A DNA stretch of 64,000 nucleotides from Tubiluchus corallicola (lineage: Eukaryota; Animalia; Priapulida): contig JAQGDQ010000940.1 of the NCBI GenBank assembly GCA_030141605.1, forward strand, positions 14,923 through 78,922, in the 5' to 3' direction. Each line of letters opens with the position of its first letter. Position 1 is the stretch's first letter. Shown here in pieces: positions 14,013 to 27,504 of the stretch. The translations under genes were made by a program, and so were the position numbers. The notes beneath the pieces were generated by a model that worked only from the letters and a program-made list of their open reading frames with translations, ran no database searches and had not been told where the DNA came from.

Positions 14013-15221
14013 ATGGATAGACAAAGCAATAAAGTTACCATTACTGGAAAGCATAAAGATATTAATGATTCACACAATGTTGATGCACCAGCTGCCGAAC
14101 AACGAAGCATCAAGCTTCTTTCTATTCTTCTTATGCGTCCATTTGATTTACCAGAGGAAGATAGATTTGGAAAATGCCGGCCTGTGACCGAGTTTGAAAA
14201 ATTGGAACGTATTGGAGAAGGCACATATGGAGTTGTTTACAGAGCGAGAGATATAAAATCTGATCATATTGTTGCGCTGAAGAAAATGCGCATGGAAAGG
14301 GAGAAAGATGGAATTCCAATTAGTGCCCTGCGTGAAATAAACATATTACTAAACACTAGACACGAAAATATCGTTCAGTTAAAGGAGGTTGTTGTGGGGA
14401 AAAGCTTAGATAGTATTTTCTTAGTAATGGAGTATTGTGAGCAGGATCTTGCCAGCCTGTTAGACAATATGTCTTCTCCATTTTCTGAGGCTCAAGTGAA
14501 ATGTATAATGTTACAGGTTTTCAGCGGACTTGAATATTTGCACAGAAATTACATTGTACATAGGGACTTGAAGGTATCCAACTTGCTCATGACCGACAAG
14601 GGTTGTGTTAAGCTAGCTGATTTTGGATTAGCCAGAAAGTTCGCACTTCCCATGGATGCAAAATATCCAATGACACCACGTGTAGTCACTCTGTGGTACC
14701 GAGCACCGGAACTACTACTCGGAGCTAAAACTCAGACTACTGCTATCGATATATGGGCAGCCGGGTGCATTTTGGGCGAGCTTCTTGCACACCGACCTCT
14801 TCTGCCCGGCAAATCCGAGATCCATCAAATTCAGCTGACTGTGGAATTACTGGGAACTCCAAGTGATCAGATATGGCCTGGTTTTTCCCGTCTTCCTGTG
14901 CTAGAGAACTTCACGTTAAAACAGCAACCTTATAATAATTTGCGCCACACTTTTCCCTGGTTGTCTGAGGCAGGCTTACGGTTGTTGAATTCGTCATTCA
15001 TTTATGATCCTAGAAAGCGTGCAACTGCAGAGGATTGCTTGGATAGCTCGTATTTTAAAGAGCCGCCTTTTCCTGTCGAGCCAGAACTTATGCCTTCGTT
15101 TCCTCAGCACAGACTTAAGCGCTCGTCTGCATTCGTCAGCGGAGATGGAACGAAGCACAGTTCAGAATCTTCTCAGAAAGATATCATTGGGCCACATTTG
15201 CCTTCCAAGCGGAAAAGATGA
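14013..15221 (+). CDS. CDK10: Cyclin-dependent kinase 10 (coding region intronless)
   Basis: Motifs [31 protein letters not shown] (CDK10 PISSLRE helix), [13 protein letters not shown] and [18 protein letters not shown]. The first ATG at 14013 directly follows an acceptor-like ttacag. Confidence 0.95.
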   Translation: MDRQSNKVTITGKHKDINDSHNVDAPAAEQRSIKLLSILLMRPFDLPEEDRFGKCRPVTEFEKLERIGEGTYGVVYRARDIKSDHIVALKKMRMEREKDGIPISALREINILLNTRHENIVQLKEVVVGKSLDSIFLVMEYCEQDLASLLDNMSSPFSEAQVKCIMLQVFSGLEYLHRNYIVHRDLKVSNLLMTDKGCVKLADFGLARKFALPMDAKYPMTPRVVTLWYRAPELLLGAKTQTTAIDIWAAGCILGELLAHRPLLPGKSEIHQIQLTVELLGTPSDQIWPGFSRLPVLENFTLKQQPYNNLRHTFPWLSEAGLRLLNSSFIYDPRKRATAEDCLDSSYFKEPPFPVEPELMPSFPQHRLKRSSAFVSGDGTKHSSESSQKDIIGPHLPSKRKR

Positions 15222-15802
15222 ACATTCATACATATTGTAGAAATTTTTCTCTCATCAAATTTTTAAAAAGTTTTGTTACTTACTAGTTAATACACGTATT
15301 CTTCAAAAATGACCTTTCTCCATTACTATTTTTAACTGCATCTTTCTCGCAAACTTTGCAGGTTTTTAGTTTAGAGGTACCAGAAACTTTGTAAAAGGCA
15401 GTTTTTTGTTTGTTTTGTGGTACTTTACAGTTTTTTTGTTATAAAAAAATAATGTGTAGACGTTTGTAAATTTTATCCAAATTTTTTAATACACTCTGCA
15501 GCAATTTTGTATTAGAAAAATGTATATGCTTTGTATATTAGCTAGCACACTAATATTTGCTAGCTTTAATAATTGTTATTTTTGTATTGTATTATTGTAC
15601 ATAATTGTCTCATTATTTAAAAGAACAACAGTCGGGAACTACCCCGTTATTTCTGAATCATAATTTGTCGAATTGAAGAACATAAAATGTATGTAGTTAC
15701 TTAAAATTATAGACAAATAGTGTTATATGATACAACAACAAACAATGTTTGAGTAGGAATGACTGATGATGCTATTATAAACCTCTTGGTTGCAGGTTGC
15801 AC

Positions 15803-17455
15803 ATGGCTGTTTCTCACCAACTGGCTCGTTTGTTGTTTCCATTCAACTGCCGAAGTGCTTTGCAGTACATGCTGCGAGTTTGCAGTGCAAGCAGTGTTAA
15901 GCATACATTACAGGCTCATTCCTATCTACAGTGCAAATCACATTTATATCAAAGCAGACATATTTGTGATAGCGAGGCAACTCAAACGGGAAGATATCAA
16001 ATTATAACAGATGATGCTGAGACAAATACTAACATTCTTTCTGGTGACATCATTGATAACATTTTCAGAGCTGTGAAAGATATTGATACAATGAAGAATG
16101 CAAAGCAACAAGATGTTATAAAAATAGTGCAAACATGTCTTCTATATTATGCAATTTCTAGAGAGGAATTTGTGAAATTGTTTACTCACCGCCCTGATTT
16201 AGTTTTTCACCCACTAAAACAATGGGCAGATGTCTTGAAAATTCTAGCGGACTATGGTTTCTCTAAGCAGCAGGTGCTTAATATTTTATCAAGCTATCCC
16301 ACAGCATTAAAACTGAAGCGACCACAAATTGTGGCAGTGGTTGAACAGTTGCAAAAATGTGACTTTCGTGACGGTGATTATCAGTGTGTTCTTTCTGATA
16401 ATCCGCTTGTGTTTGAACTGAGCGCTAAAGATATAGACCTCCGGATAGCAGAGCTTATGAACATTTTTACTAAAACTGATATAGTATTACTAACATTGAA
16501 ACTGCCAAGTATCCTTACCGATGAGTGGTCAAGTATAGAAGCCAAGGTACACTATATACTGTTCAACATGAATATTACGCAGAATGCTATGCTGAAATCT
16601 CGCGTTTTTGAGGTAAGTGCACAGTTATTGCTACTGTACTAAAGGCCACATAAAGTTATTAAATTGGTTTATAGGCACTTTTTCATAGAAAATTGTTTAG
16701 CAGTTTTTAGGCACAGTGTTTATGTTAAACTTGGTTTGATGGATCACGGCGGGTCACAACCCTTTTTCTGTTCATGAAGACAGTTGGGACAAAGAAATCA
16801 AAATAGGCAACGCTTACGGTACTATATATATATGGTTATTGATACTGTCGTTATTAATGCATTGACTTGTTTTCTTCATAAACCATAGTGTTTTTAAAAA
16901 ACTGCAACATTTACGTGATGCGTTTACATTTACTGAAAACTAAACAGATTGCATTATGTCATAAGAAATTAGCATTTACAAGTGAAGTGATTTTTGATAA
17001 ACTACTGCACATGATTACAGAATTGGCAAGTGGCAATTTTATTTAGCTAAGGGCTGAAAGAACTCGACATTTCATTATCATCATAAGTCTGAAATAACAT
17101 TATCTTATATTATAACGTTATAATCTTATATTTTCAGTGTTCTTTGGATCACATTCACCAGAGGCATGAATTTTGTTTGCGAGCTGGTCTTTTCAAACCC
17201 CCTGACCCCAAAAGGCGAATACCTAGCAAGAACCTACCTCTGCGGCAGATGGTGGACACTAATGATTCGGAGTTCTTAGCCAGGGTATGTAAAGGCGTAT
17301 TTACAATGCAAGAATATCGCGTGTTTTGTAAAATGCTAAAAAGAGAGAGCGATGAAGACTTAATGCATGTGAATTTAAATACACATACGGATCAAGAAGA
17401 ACTAATAGATCAGTATACTGCAAAAGCGAGCTACCACAAGAAAAGAAGAAAGTAA
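15803..17455 (+). CDS. MTERF4: Mitochondrial transcription termination factor family protein, mTERF4-like; exons 15803..16612 and 17138..17455
   Basis: Basic presequence-like N-terminus and mTERF-type repeats (ILSSYPTAL, LSDNPLVF, LKLPSIL). A phase-0 intron (GAG|gtaagt ... ttttcag|TGT) joins to SLDHIHQRHEFCLRAGLFKPPD...SEFL...EYRVFCKML, resembling the mTERF4 C-terminus. Confidence 0.8.
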
Positions 17456-20304
17456 AAAACACTTAATGATAATATTATCTCATGTAAATGACATTTTATT
17501 GTATAAAGATGAGTTATAACACATTTCAAGCAAATTGCGGTACTTACTAGTGGTTTTTTTATTGCTTTCTTGTTGATATGCATGTAATTTAAATAATTTG
17601 TGACAGTTGTGGAATTCTGTTAGTCATTTTAACAGTTGAGTTATATCCTAAGAATGTAACACTGTACAATGAACAGGTAATCATTTAATCGCTATATCTA
17701 ATCATTTCAGTGTTTGTTCACTGGTATGAGCCTAATTTTTATAAACGACTCTTCCTCGATGACCTACACACATTTTCATTTTGCATACTATAAACAACAT
17801 TACATCTTCAATTATAGCAGTAATTGTCGTGCATAATGAGTACGAATGCTTTTAAGTTTTCAAAAAATTACAATGATCTACGTAAAGTTATGGTAATACA
17901 AGATGAAACGGTAATAAAGAACATGAATGCATAGCGCATGTGCTTACCATTATTTGAAACATATAATGCACGGAAAAAATAAAGGCATTAGCAATTATAA
18001 GGCACCGTCCTGACTTCCACAAATGAACAGGTAAAAATAAAGAAGAAACATGTCAAATAAACAGATCAATATGTACAAACTAAATCATGCTGGCAAACAA
18101 TTATAACCACATGTATGAGTAATAATTAGATTTTAATATTCTTAACCGCTAAACAAGGTTCTCAATACATTATATGGATAAGTGGCACTAACATAGGTTT
18201 TGAAACATCAGCTAAGCTACTAATTACAGAAAAATCCACAAAGAAAATAATTTACTACCCTTGTGAATATCTAATAAATTCATATCAGTAGGTATTTACA
18301 AAAAAAGAAGAGAGTAAAAACAGTTCTTTGTTCTTTTGTTAATTTATGAAGTGTTTGTATAAAAGACATCTCTAGAGACAAAACTCACATGAAAAAGTCA
18401 CCTGTGCATTTAAAGTATTAATCTGAAGTTTGCTAGTATTGAATAAACAGTGGTGAGAAATTGGAGCATGCCTTTAAAGTCATGCATAACAGTCCATTAA
18501 AGTTAGCTTTTAAAGAAGCACTGCAGAAAGAAACTGCAAGGACAGCTACTGACTTAATCAATTTCATCCAAAAAGATCTTATAAATACACCATTGGATAT
18601 CAAAAATATAAAGATATGAGAGAGTAGCATGGAGTAAAGTGATCAGGCGGGTCATGTCAAACGACGTGTGACTCTAGAGATGATGATGATGGAGCAATGC
18701 CTTTAGCGCCCATTCCGTTGGTTTACTGGGGGCCAAACACAATAAGAGTATCATAAATATGACAAAAGCTTGGGAATCATTGGGGAATAAATGTACAAGC
18801 TTCACACAAAACAAGTACATGTATTAACAAAATATATAATACCAGTAACATAAAAACCTATTAGCACCATTCATTAAGAGATGGTATAAAATCAAAATTT
18901 TCTCACAAGTACTGCGCCATATAAAACAAAAAACACAAAAACGTCAAAATTTTAGAGTAATCATGGGCATCTCTACCCAAAAGCGTAAAAACTTTGCTAG
19001 TCCCTTAAAACCTTTACACATACGTGGAGGTAATTGCGGTAAATAGACGCACAAAAACACATTTAAATTTTAATGCAAAAGATTTTCTAATTACATTTTA
19101 ATGCAAAAAACACTAATTACATTTTTACACTCCAACAGACACTGCAGCTTAAACAACTAACAATGAACACGGTTTCAAGTGCTTGAAAAGCTGGAACATC
19201 CATCCCATTCTCCTTCACAATGGGGCATTCTTCAATTTAAAGCTTAGTAGCTAAACATTACTAGTTTAAAAGTGTGTTAGTCAGAAATTTTAGCTTTTCT
19301 TATAAAATGATTTTGTTACAAGCAGTGAATATGTCATAATTTAAAATGAATTTTTCTAGTAAGATTTGCTATTAGTTAAGTTGATGATGTTTTTATTGTA
19401 TACTTTATAGGAAGAAGCTTCTGCTCTGAGCTAATATTTGTTGAAAAACTTTCTGACATAAAAAGGAAAGCATTGTCATCTTATTTTAAATATGGAACAA
19501 AGTTGCTCACAACTTCTACAATACTTAAAATTATTAAAAAAACTGTACACCAAATGCAGTTATGATACAAGATAGATACACCAAGAACAAATCACTTGCT
19601 GTATACACTAAAATAATCAGGAACTGTTGTATCTAAAAAATTAAGATAGGAGCCTCTAGTGTACAAAGTTAACCGCCTACTCCTAAGTTCCAATTAAGTA
19701 CTGTTAAAGCTGATAACACGGCTAAATTAAACTACATAGGAACGGGAAATAAAGTTCACTGCTGAGAGATTCTACCTGCAATAGGGGTACACTGCAAACT
19801 AGCAAGTAGGTAGGCAGATGGTGCTTCTACTTTATTTATCATTCTCTGCCACACATTTAGGCAAGTGTATGCAACATTGCTTCATAGCAGCAATCAAGTT
19901 TCTTGCTTACATACATGGATTTTCTTGCCTACATACATGGATTTTTGTGATGGTTAGCTTGAAAGTTATATGTTGTTGAATTTTTGCTACATATGGCCTA
20001 CTAAAAAAAGTCTTTGCTTTCCCAGCAAGCAAAAAGCAAGTAAAATGCAATAAACATTAATAAAAATAATAAGAAAGTAATGCACCCCTGAACTATAAGC
20101 ATTATCCTACGCTGTCAGCTAGATTACATACATAAGAAAAACAGTTTTCGCATATATGGTACTGTAAGCATAGTCAATATGGTTACAGGTGTGCCTTGAA
20201 TCATTTGGAAAGAATTTAAAAATGACAGTTTTATATAAACCTGCCTAAATGTGTGGCTCTTTACTGAAAAAACACCACCTGCCGCATGATCTCCCAGCTA
20301 AGAA

Positions 20305-23300
20305 TTAGAAAAAAGCTATAAGTATTACTATGGTTAGAATTCCAAAAATACGACTCCTGGTATCGTCTGCTCCATTTGAATCATCTAGAAGTAAATAAAT
20401 CATAATGACAATAAATAAAATTAATAACTCTGCATAGTAATAGTAATTTATTATTGGCAGATAAAGCATATCTTGTCAAGCAACTTTTAACTTATAAATC
20501 ATGGAATAAACTGAAATTTGAAATGTACAAAATTAGAAGTTTTGTGAACTTACCTCCAGTCCGTGACTTGTTAGCAGGAGGCGGTGTTGGTATTTCTTTG
20601 CCAACTAAAATACAAAAAACTTGTTTGATGCTAAAAGTTAGCCAAATCTGACGGGTTTGACAAACGGTAGTACAAGATTTTTGCTTGTGAGTGAATTACT
20701 CTGTTCAGTACACAACATATACTGTAGTACACAAATAATGCCTAATTTGAAGTCAATGGGGATTCGTAACCATGAGGGTTGTTATCACTAACACTATTTC
20801 CTGTTTCTGGTGACCACAAGAAGCTTTATTATAAACCACAAGAAGTTCCAATATATGTGAATGATTACTAGTAAGACTAAATACACACAGGCATGCAGAC
20901 CAGACTCAAGTAAGCATCACTTGACAATTCTTAAAAACAATAAATATGCAACATCAATTATTCCCATAATTATGTGTAAGTAAATGTCACTAAGTGATCA
21001 CATTTCCCTACTGTCTAGCATGAATGCAAGTTCCATAGGTTTCATAATAACTTCATGTGATGCCGACTATGAATCCATTACTGACTGGTCATGTGACACT
21101 GTTTTTACAAATTACAAAATTTGTTTAACTTGTCAACGGGCATAGACAATATTTTACCTGTTATGAAACAAATCTATTTTCTGTCTCATGGCACTATTTT
21201 GATGAATTGTACAGTTTATTAGAAAGCTGGTGTATAATAAACATAATAAAATGCTTCATCTATCATGGTGAAATAACATAGCAATGAATATTTTCTTTAG
21301 ATTTAGTTTTTAAATTCTTTTTCCATTGACAAGTGTTATGCACTTGGTTAAATTGTTTACTATTTGCAAACAATTTAATTAACCTGAATTGTTTACTATT
21401 TGCAAACAATTTAATTAACCTGTTTGCACAGTTTAAAAGATCACCATAACAAGTTAAATTTGCAGTCTTGGTGGCATAATTTTCAGTGCTGCAATAAACA
21501 ATTTGTCAAGCTACGTACCTTCTAACGTTACAAACTCATATACATCACTGGAAACCTTTCCATATTTATTTTCTGCATAAATCATTACTTGATATGGTGT
21601 TGTGGCAGCTAAATCAGTGAGTTGATAGGCTGAGTCATGGAAAGCACCTTTGCTACTGCTTCCTGGAATTTCTAGTTCTAACCACTCATCCTCCGCTAGC
21701 GTACTGTTGGGCTACAAAAAACCGATCATTAAAATGCCTTTGTACAGAAGTCTGGTTGTTTTAAATACATTAATATTATATACAACAACTAACAATTAGC
21801 AATATATGAACTGGATAAAATAAGAATACTTGTTTTTTTAACCTACCCCATTATCTCTGTACTTGATTTTATAGTTTTTAATAGGCGAGTATGACTTTGT
21901 TGACCATCGCAGTAATATCGTATCATCTTTGAATGCAGCACTGCCCTCTTCATCAAACTCTATGAAGTCTGGTTCCGCTGAAAACATATTATTCAGTTCA
22001 GCAGATTTATTTCCTTGGTAGATGAACAACTACAGCAAAACTGTAAAACTTAGTTAGCTACAGGTGTTTTTACATAACTAGAACCTCAGCAATGATGATG
22101 CTGTAAGTCCTGTGACTCTCATACTTGCACCATGAGGATCTTGGCATTTGACGCAAGATTATTCTTTTTGGCCAAATTTTGTTCATAAATTCTTGTAGAC
22201 AATAAAGGTATGCAAAAGCACTTGTTTTCCAGTTGTGTCTCCTGGTCAAACAAGATCAAAGAATTTTGTACTGCAAGTTTCATACAGCTGCATTTTTGGT
22301 CATATTTGGCAATTTTTACCTTTGCCCCAGGGCCACCGAATGTCATCAGCCAAAATTTCTCACCTATCATCTAGCACCTACACTTGATATTTTGTGGGAC
22401 AAAACCTGCTTTTATAATACTATGGTTGCAATTGTTCAAAGCTGGGTCCTCCTTCCCTGAGTAGGGAATAATACATTTTTGTCATAGCTGGTTGCCAAAA
22501 AGTGATGGTAGTTGTAATTCCTTGCATTGAACTAACTCAGAATTCCCCACTGTGCAGCTGTTGAGGTTTCTACCTGTTTACCCTGCTCTAGATATGTCCT
22601 CCTGATGACCTTTGGCATTGATCAACATCTTGTCCCAAAGTTACCCCATACCAAAAATCTCAAGACTACTCCAAGTAGGACTGGTATAACTGGCTTGAGC
22701 CCATATTCTGAGCAATGTTGCACGATGACATAAGATCCTCAGACTTTAAAAGTCAGGGGGGTAAATGTGAATTCAACTAATTTTTTAATAACACAAGCCA
22801 CAAAAGAAACACAGAATTACATAAACTATACAGTCGTACCTGAGAGTTGTACAACAGCTTCACTTTTTCCATGTTTGTTTTCGCCAATACATGTGTAAGC
22901 AACAATGTCTTTCTCCGTTATTTCTTTAATAACAAGGACATGTGTTGTGACTGGCCCTTCTTTCTCTTCTATTTCCATGCTTATTCTACGAATGATACAG
23001 AATCAAAGCTAAACTTTTTATTTATTTTTTTTATCCTAAATTATGAAAGCATTTTCTAAACTTTACTTAAAATAACTATTTAATTATCTTTACTACAACA
23101 ATCACCTATTATCAGCTTTAATTTCAGTTAGGCCATCGTCTGTTGATGAACCACGCACCCATCGCACCTCAGCATGTGGATTTGACTCAATTACACACAA
23201 AATTTCAACATTTACACCTTCTCCAGTGTGAATAGATTCCTCTGGCATGTTAACTTCGGGTTTAACTGAAAGTGAAATTTAATAACAACCATGAAATTCT

Positions 23301-26300
23301 GCAGGAAAAACATACTCAAAATGTATATACATTATAATGGAAAATACAGAGATCAGTTGGCCACTAGAATTAAGGAAGACAAACAAATTACTTGAGTCAC
23401 ATGAAAAAGGAACAGATTATTGTCAATATTGTGCAAAATGGAAAGCAAGTTGCAGATATGCATGTCATGGCAGATGAAATATCTAACGCTTAGTGTCACT
23501 TACACTCAACGTCAACTGTCACTTCATCTGTTGATGGGCTACCGAAAGAGCTTGTGGCAGTACACACATATACACCTTTAGCATCCCTGCCGACATTTTC
23601 TATTGTGAGCTCTTCCCCTTGATATTCTGTTGCTCCGTCTAACATCACTGAACTTTCCTATTTACAAGAAAAAATTAAGTTTATTTGCAGAAACATGTAT
23701 TTCCGTATCAATTGAACAGCAATTTTTTAATTTTTAACATATATTATAAAACTTCAAGATCTAAGTACTATGAATGTTCAAAATGCTACGCTGACGCGGA
23801 AGTAGTATTGTTATTAAGAGTCACCAACTTGACAAAAATTTTTTTATTATATTATACTGTTCAAATAATCAAGTTCCAGGCAACACTACTTTGACACACA
23901 ACTATTATTTGGCCCACGACAATCAGAATTATCAGTAATTATGCCTACAGATAAGCTTGCATACCCAGCACACTATACATTCTCAAAAGAACTGAGTTAA
24001 ATTAAAGTCAACAAAAACAAACTAATAAGGATAATACGTGTTTTTCAAAGCATTAGATGGAAGCACAAGCAGCAAAGTCACCAACTGGAAAATCTATAGA
24101 TACTGGTTAAGTTGAATTACCTCAGAAAAAACACATTTAACCGTACACAAACAAATGTCAGGTATGTAATTACACCACAATAGGTATTTTTCCAGATACA
24201 TCTCTGGATCAGTTACAATTTCGCAAACAATAACTGAAAAAGTTTCAGGCTCTAGTTGCCCTAACAAACTGCGATAGCGTAGGAAAAGCGATATGATAGA
24301 ACACAGCTAGGTACAAAAAAGTTACAAACCTTAGATTTATCAATAACCTCAATAGGTTTCTTCTTAGCATCCTACCAGGGATATTAGCAAAAATGAATAG
24401 TCAGATAAGAAAACAAATAGAGAAAATAAACTGTAAAAAATAAAATGGCTAGTTGAAAAAGAAATACTATATATTGGACAGAAACTTTGAACATTATTTT
24501 ACGTAGTAGCATGAAATGCCACAGCTTAAAATTGACCAGTGTTTGAATGAACTCCTTTATTGTCAGTGAATCTGGATAGGCTATTCTTGTTCAGTGCTCA
24601 CTCTAGACGGTCTCATTTTATCATACTCACTTTAGGTTTACCTCATTGACAGAAAAAGTGCTAACACATTTCTGCCAGTTCAGTTGCATAAACTTTAATT
24701 GTCCTCTATAGACAACCACAGTGAGTAGGCCCTGCCATTGAATGTACATGTAGTGTTATCTTTTTGTATGCTTCTTACAAAGCTCTGTAATTTATCATAA
24801 AGGTAATAGTAAGATATTAAACATTGTTACCTCATCATCTTCATCCTGCTCTTCCAAAAACAAAGCTTCAGCAGATTTGCGAGTCCCGTGAGGAAATGCA
24901 CGACCATCCTGAAACAGCATTTTTTCTAAATGAAATTCAATAAAAATGCCTTTCATTGAATCAGTACAAGTTGCAACTGTATGCTCACAAGATCTATGTG
25001 TATAATAATTACCTTTCTTGTCCAAAACATTGTTGGTGCAGGATTACCATCACCATCACATACAATGTTCAATGTTCGTCCCTCCTTGACACTGACAGTA
25101 TCTTCCTCAATTGTTGCAGTAGGAGCATCTGCAAATTACATACAATTCTTAGGTGTTAAATTGTATGACAGTTACATATAATAAAATACATATGTGTGCT
25201 CGCAAACCAAAACCGTCGATAAGTCGGCATAGTTAAAACTGTGTTATGGTGCTTCAAAGCAGAATGCACTCAAAATTTGATAAAATGTCAATTTCTTGTT
25301 TTTTTATAAAAACAAACGCTAAGTTTATTAGCATCAAATTATTAAAAAAATTTCACCAAGTACTAAAAATCTAATTTTACAACCCCGTACCTACTTTTCT
25401 GGCTAGATACTAGTACTGCAATTGTAAAAAAACTTATATTTTCAAACTCAGATTTGGGGAAGCAATCATTTTGCTTCGGGGTTTTTTTTTGTTGCCAAGC
25501 CCACATCTTCTTTGGGAAAAGCCATCTACTTGATTTAAACATAACTTCAATGTGTTCTTGTAAAGTCCATAGCAACTAACATTTCTGCAGTTGCTAAGTG
25601 TTTTGTAAAACGTGATTTTGAAAATTTTGAAGAAAAAATTCATTTAATTGTTAACTTTCCCAGTCAAATCATGTTAAAGTCAATTTTTCTAATAAGACAA
25701 CTAAACAGTAGTCACATATCTAACTGTATTTGTAAAATTGCAGTAGGTTTTACATTTCAATTTTGTATATGGTGTAGGTACTTAATTAGTACAAATTACT
25801 TAAACTGCTTTTTGAATTGCTTTAATATAGACCTACTGGTCTATTTAACTTACATCGAACATCAACAGTTGTTTTCTGTTGTAATTTGGCTCTGTTTATG
25901 CTGCATAAATAAACCCCTTGATCTTCCTGCATCACATTTTTCACTGTGAGTGACCAGTCTCCGGACTCTACGTCTCCAAGACTGAATTTTGATTTTTCCA
26001 CAAATATTGCCTTTCCTACAGAAACAATTGTGCTTGATCCAAGTTGTTGTCTTCGCCATGCCACTTGATCTCTTCCTGAAAAAAACCCAAGCAAGTATAA
26101 ATATAACCTCTGATTTTTCAAAAAATATGTGAAATTCATTGTCCAAAGGTTCCATTACAATAACTAGCTATAGCTACCACATGCATATGTAGTTTGACCT
26201 ATTTCAGAACATAATCTATAAGTGGCAGACCATTTTTACAAGTTCCTTAATTTTGATTGACTTGAAGATACAAACCAGTGAGAATTCAACTCGTTCAGTG

Positions 26301-27504
26301 AGTGAAAGATGATATACGATGTTTAATCGTATAATAAACCTTTTATTTCTTCGAAATCACTGGTCCGTAACATAAATATGCGTCTTTATAATAACTTCTG
26401 TAAGATTTACTCGCAGCTGAACACCAATAAAACAATTATACAACACAAAAATGACACTGAAATGGTGAATTAGTTACTGATCGTCTGATCTCAACGACAT
26501 TACTTTCTCCAAGTTACAAAGCATGTTAAAGTGTGGGCGGATGGCGTGACAGGTATCATTTCGGACTCAGTAAGGGCTTCACAAAAATCTATCCCAGTTT
26601 TAGGCATGGTGAAACTAAATCGAAAATCATAAATGTTAAGTTGGCTTCGGTTATAGTTACATGATCATTGCTGGTTACACAAAACTGTTCCAGGGCTCTC
26701 TCAGTTTCAAATACAAACCTGCGTTAAGTTTCTTTCATTAATTGTTTCACACCACCATATCAATTGCCTTTGCCTAAATAATCAAACAATCTTTTTCTGT
26801 TTAACACAGCAGCCATTGCTGAAACATTACATTTCAAGTGAAACAGCCAACACCATTAATTTAGAATTAATCTAGTTTCTAACTGTTAAAAAATTCTCAA
26901 TAGCTGCTGGGTCATTTTAGCTGTATTAAATTACATTGTGTTTTCCTTATAAACGCCCTGACCCTGTCAGATGCTAAAAGGTCTATCACAGCTGTGGAAC
27001 CCAATCAACTTGCTACAACCCGGTTGTGAGTTTTTCAAATGGCTCTTCAAATTTATGGCTTGGCAGCTTCTCTCGCAACTTGTTACAACATGTGAACGGC
27101 TTGGCAACTTCTCTCAGAGAGAACTTGTGCAACAAGTTGCGAGAAGAGTCTATGTCTGAATACGCCATAAGACTCTTGAAGCCAAAACACAGATGCAGAA
27201 ATTGTTGTGCATTGACAGTTCAATTTCATATGATACGTTCAGGATGAAAATTGTGATTTGTGTTGAGGTATTATTGGTGCCTATTATTTATGATATCCTA
27301 ATTATATTGCACTATGAATCATTAGCTCTCCTTGTAAGCGTGTCATGTAGGCCTTTTTCTAACACTTTTCTAAGAGAAAATGCTTACCTAGATTTCCAAC
27401 TATGCACTCTATCACTAGGTCCTCTCCTTGATTAACCTCGACTGTGCCTCCTGTACTGATGAACATAGGAGTGGCCCTCTTTTGCATGGGTACAGGTGTC
27501 ACTA
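20305..27504 (-). CDS. Ig-superfamily cell-adhesion protein (3 Ig + 1 FnIII + GPI-type tail; wrapper/klingon/lachesin-like architecture), 5' incomplete
   Basis: Phase-consistent GT-AG exons: 27388-27504, 25854-26075, 25013-25128, 24831-24908, 23504-23657, 23106-23265, 22840-22985, 21847-21977, 21519-21711, 20554-20604, 20305-20384. Ig motifs: LVIECIV..VAW..DQGVYLC; LNIVC.GDGNPAP.MFW..AKGVYVC; ILCVIESNP..VRW..YTC. FnIII: LLRW..YKIKY..LTDL..TPYQV. Ends SNGADDTRSRIFGILTIVILIAFF*. The signal-peptide exon was not located. Confidence 0.9.
21351..21422. repeat. Short perfect tandem duplication (~36 bp x2)
   Basis: aattgtttactatttgcaaacaatttaattaacctg occurs twice in tandem. Confidence 0.85.
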
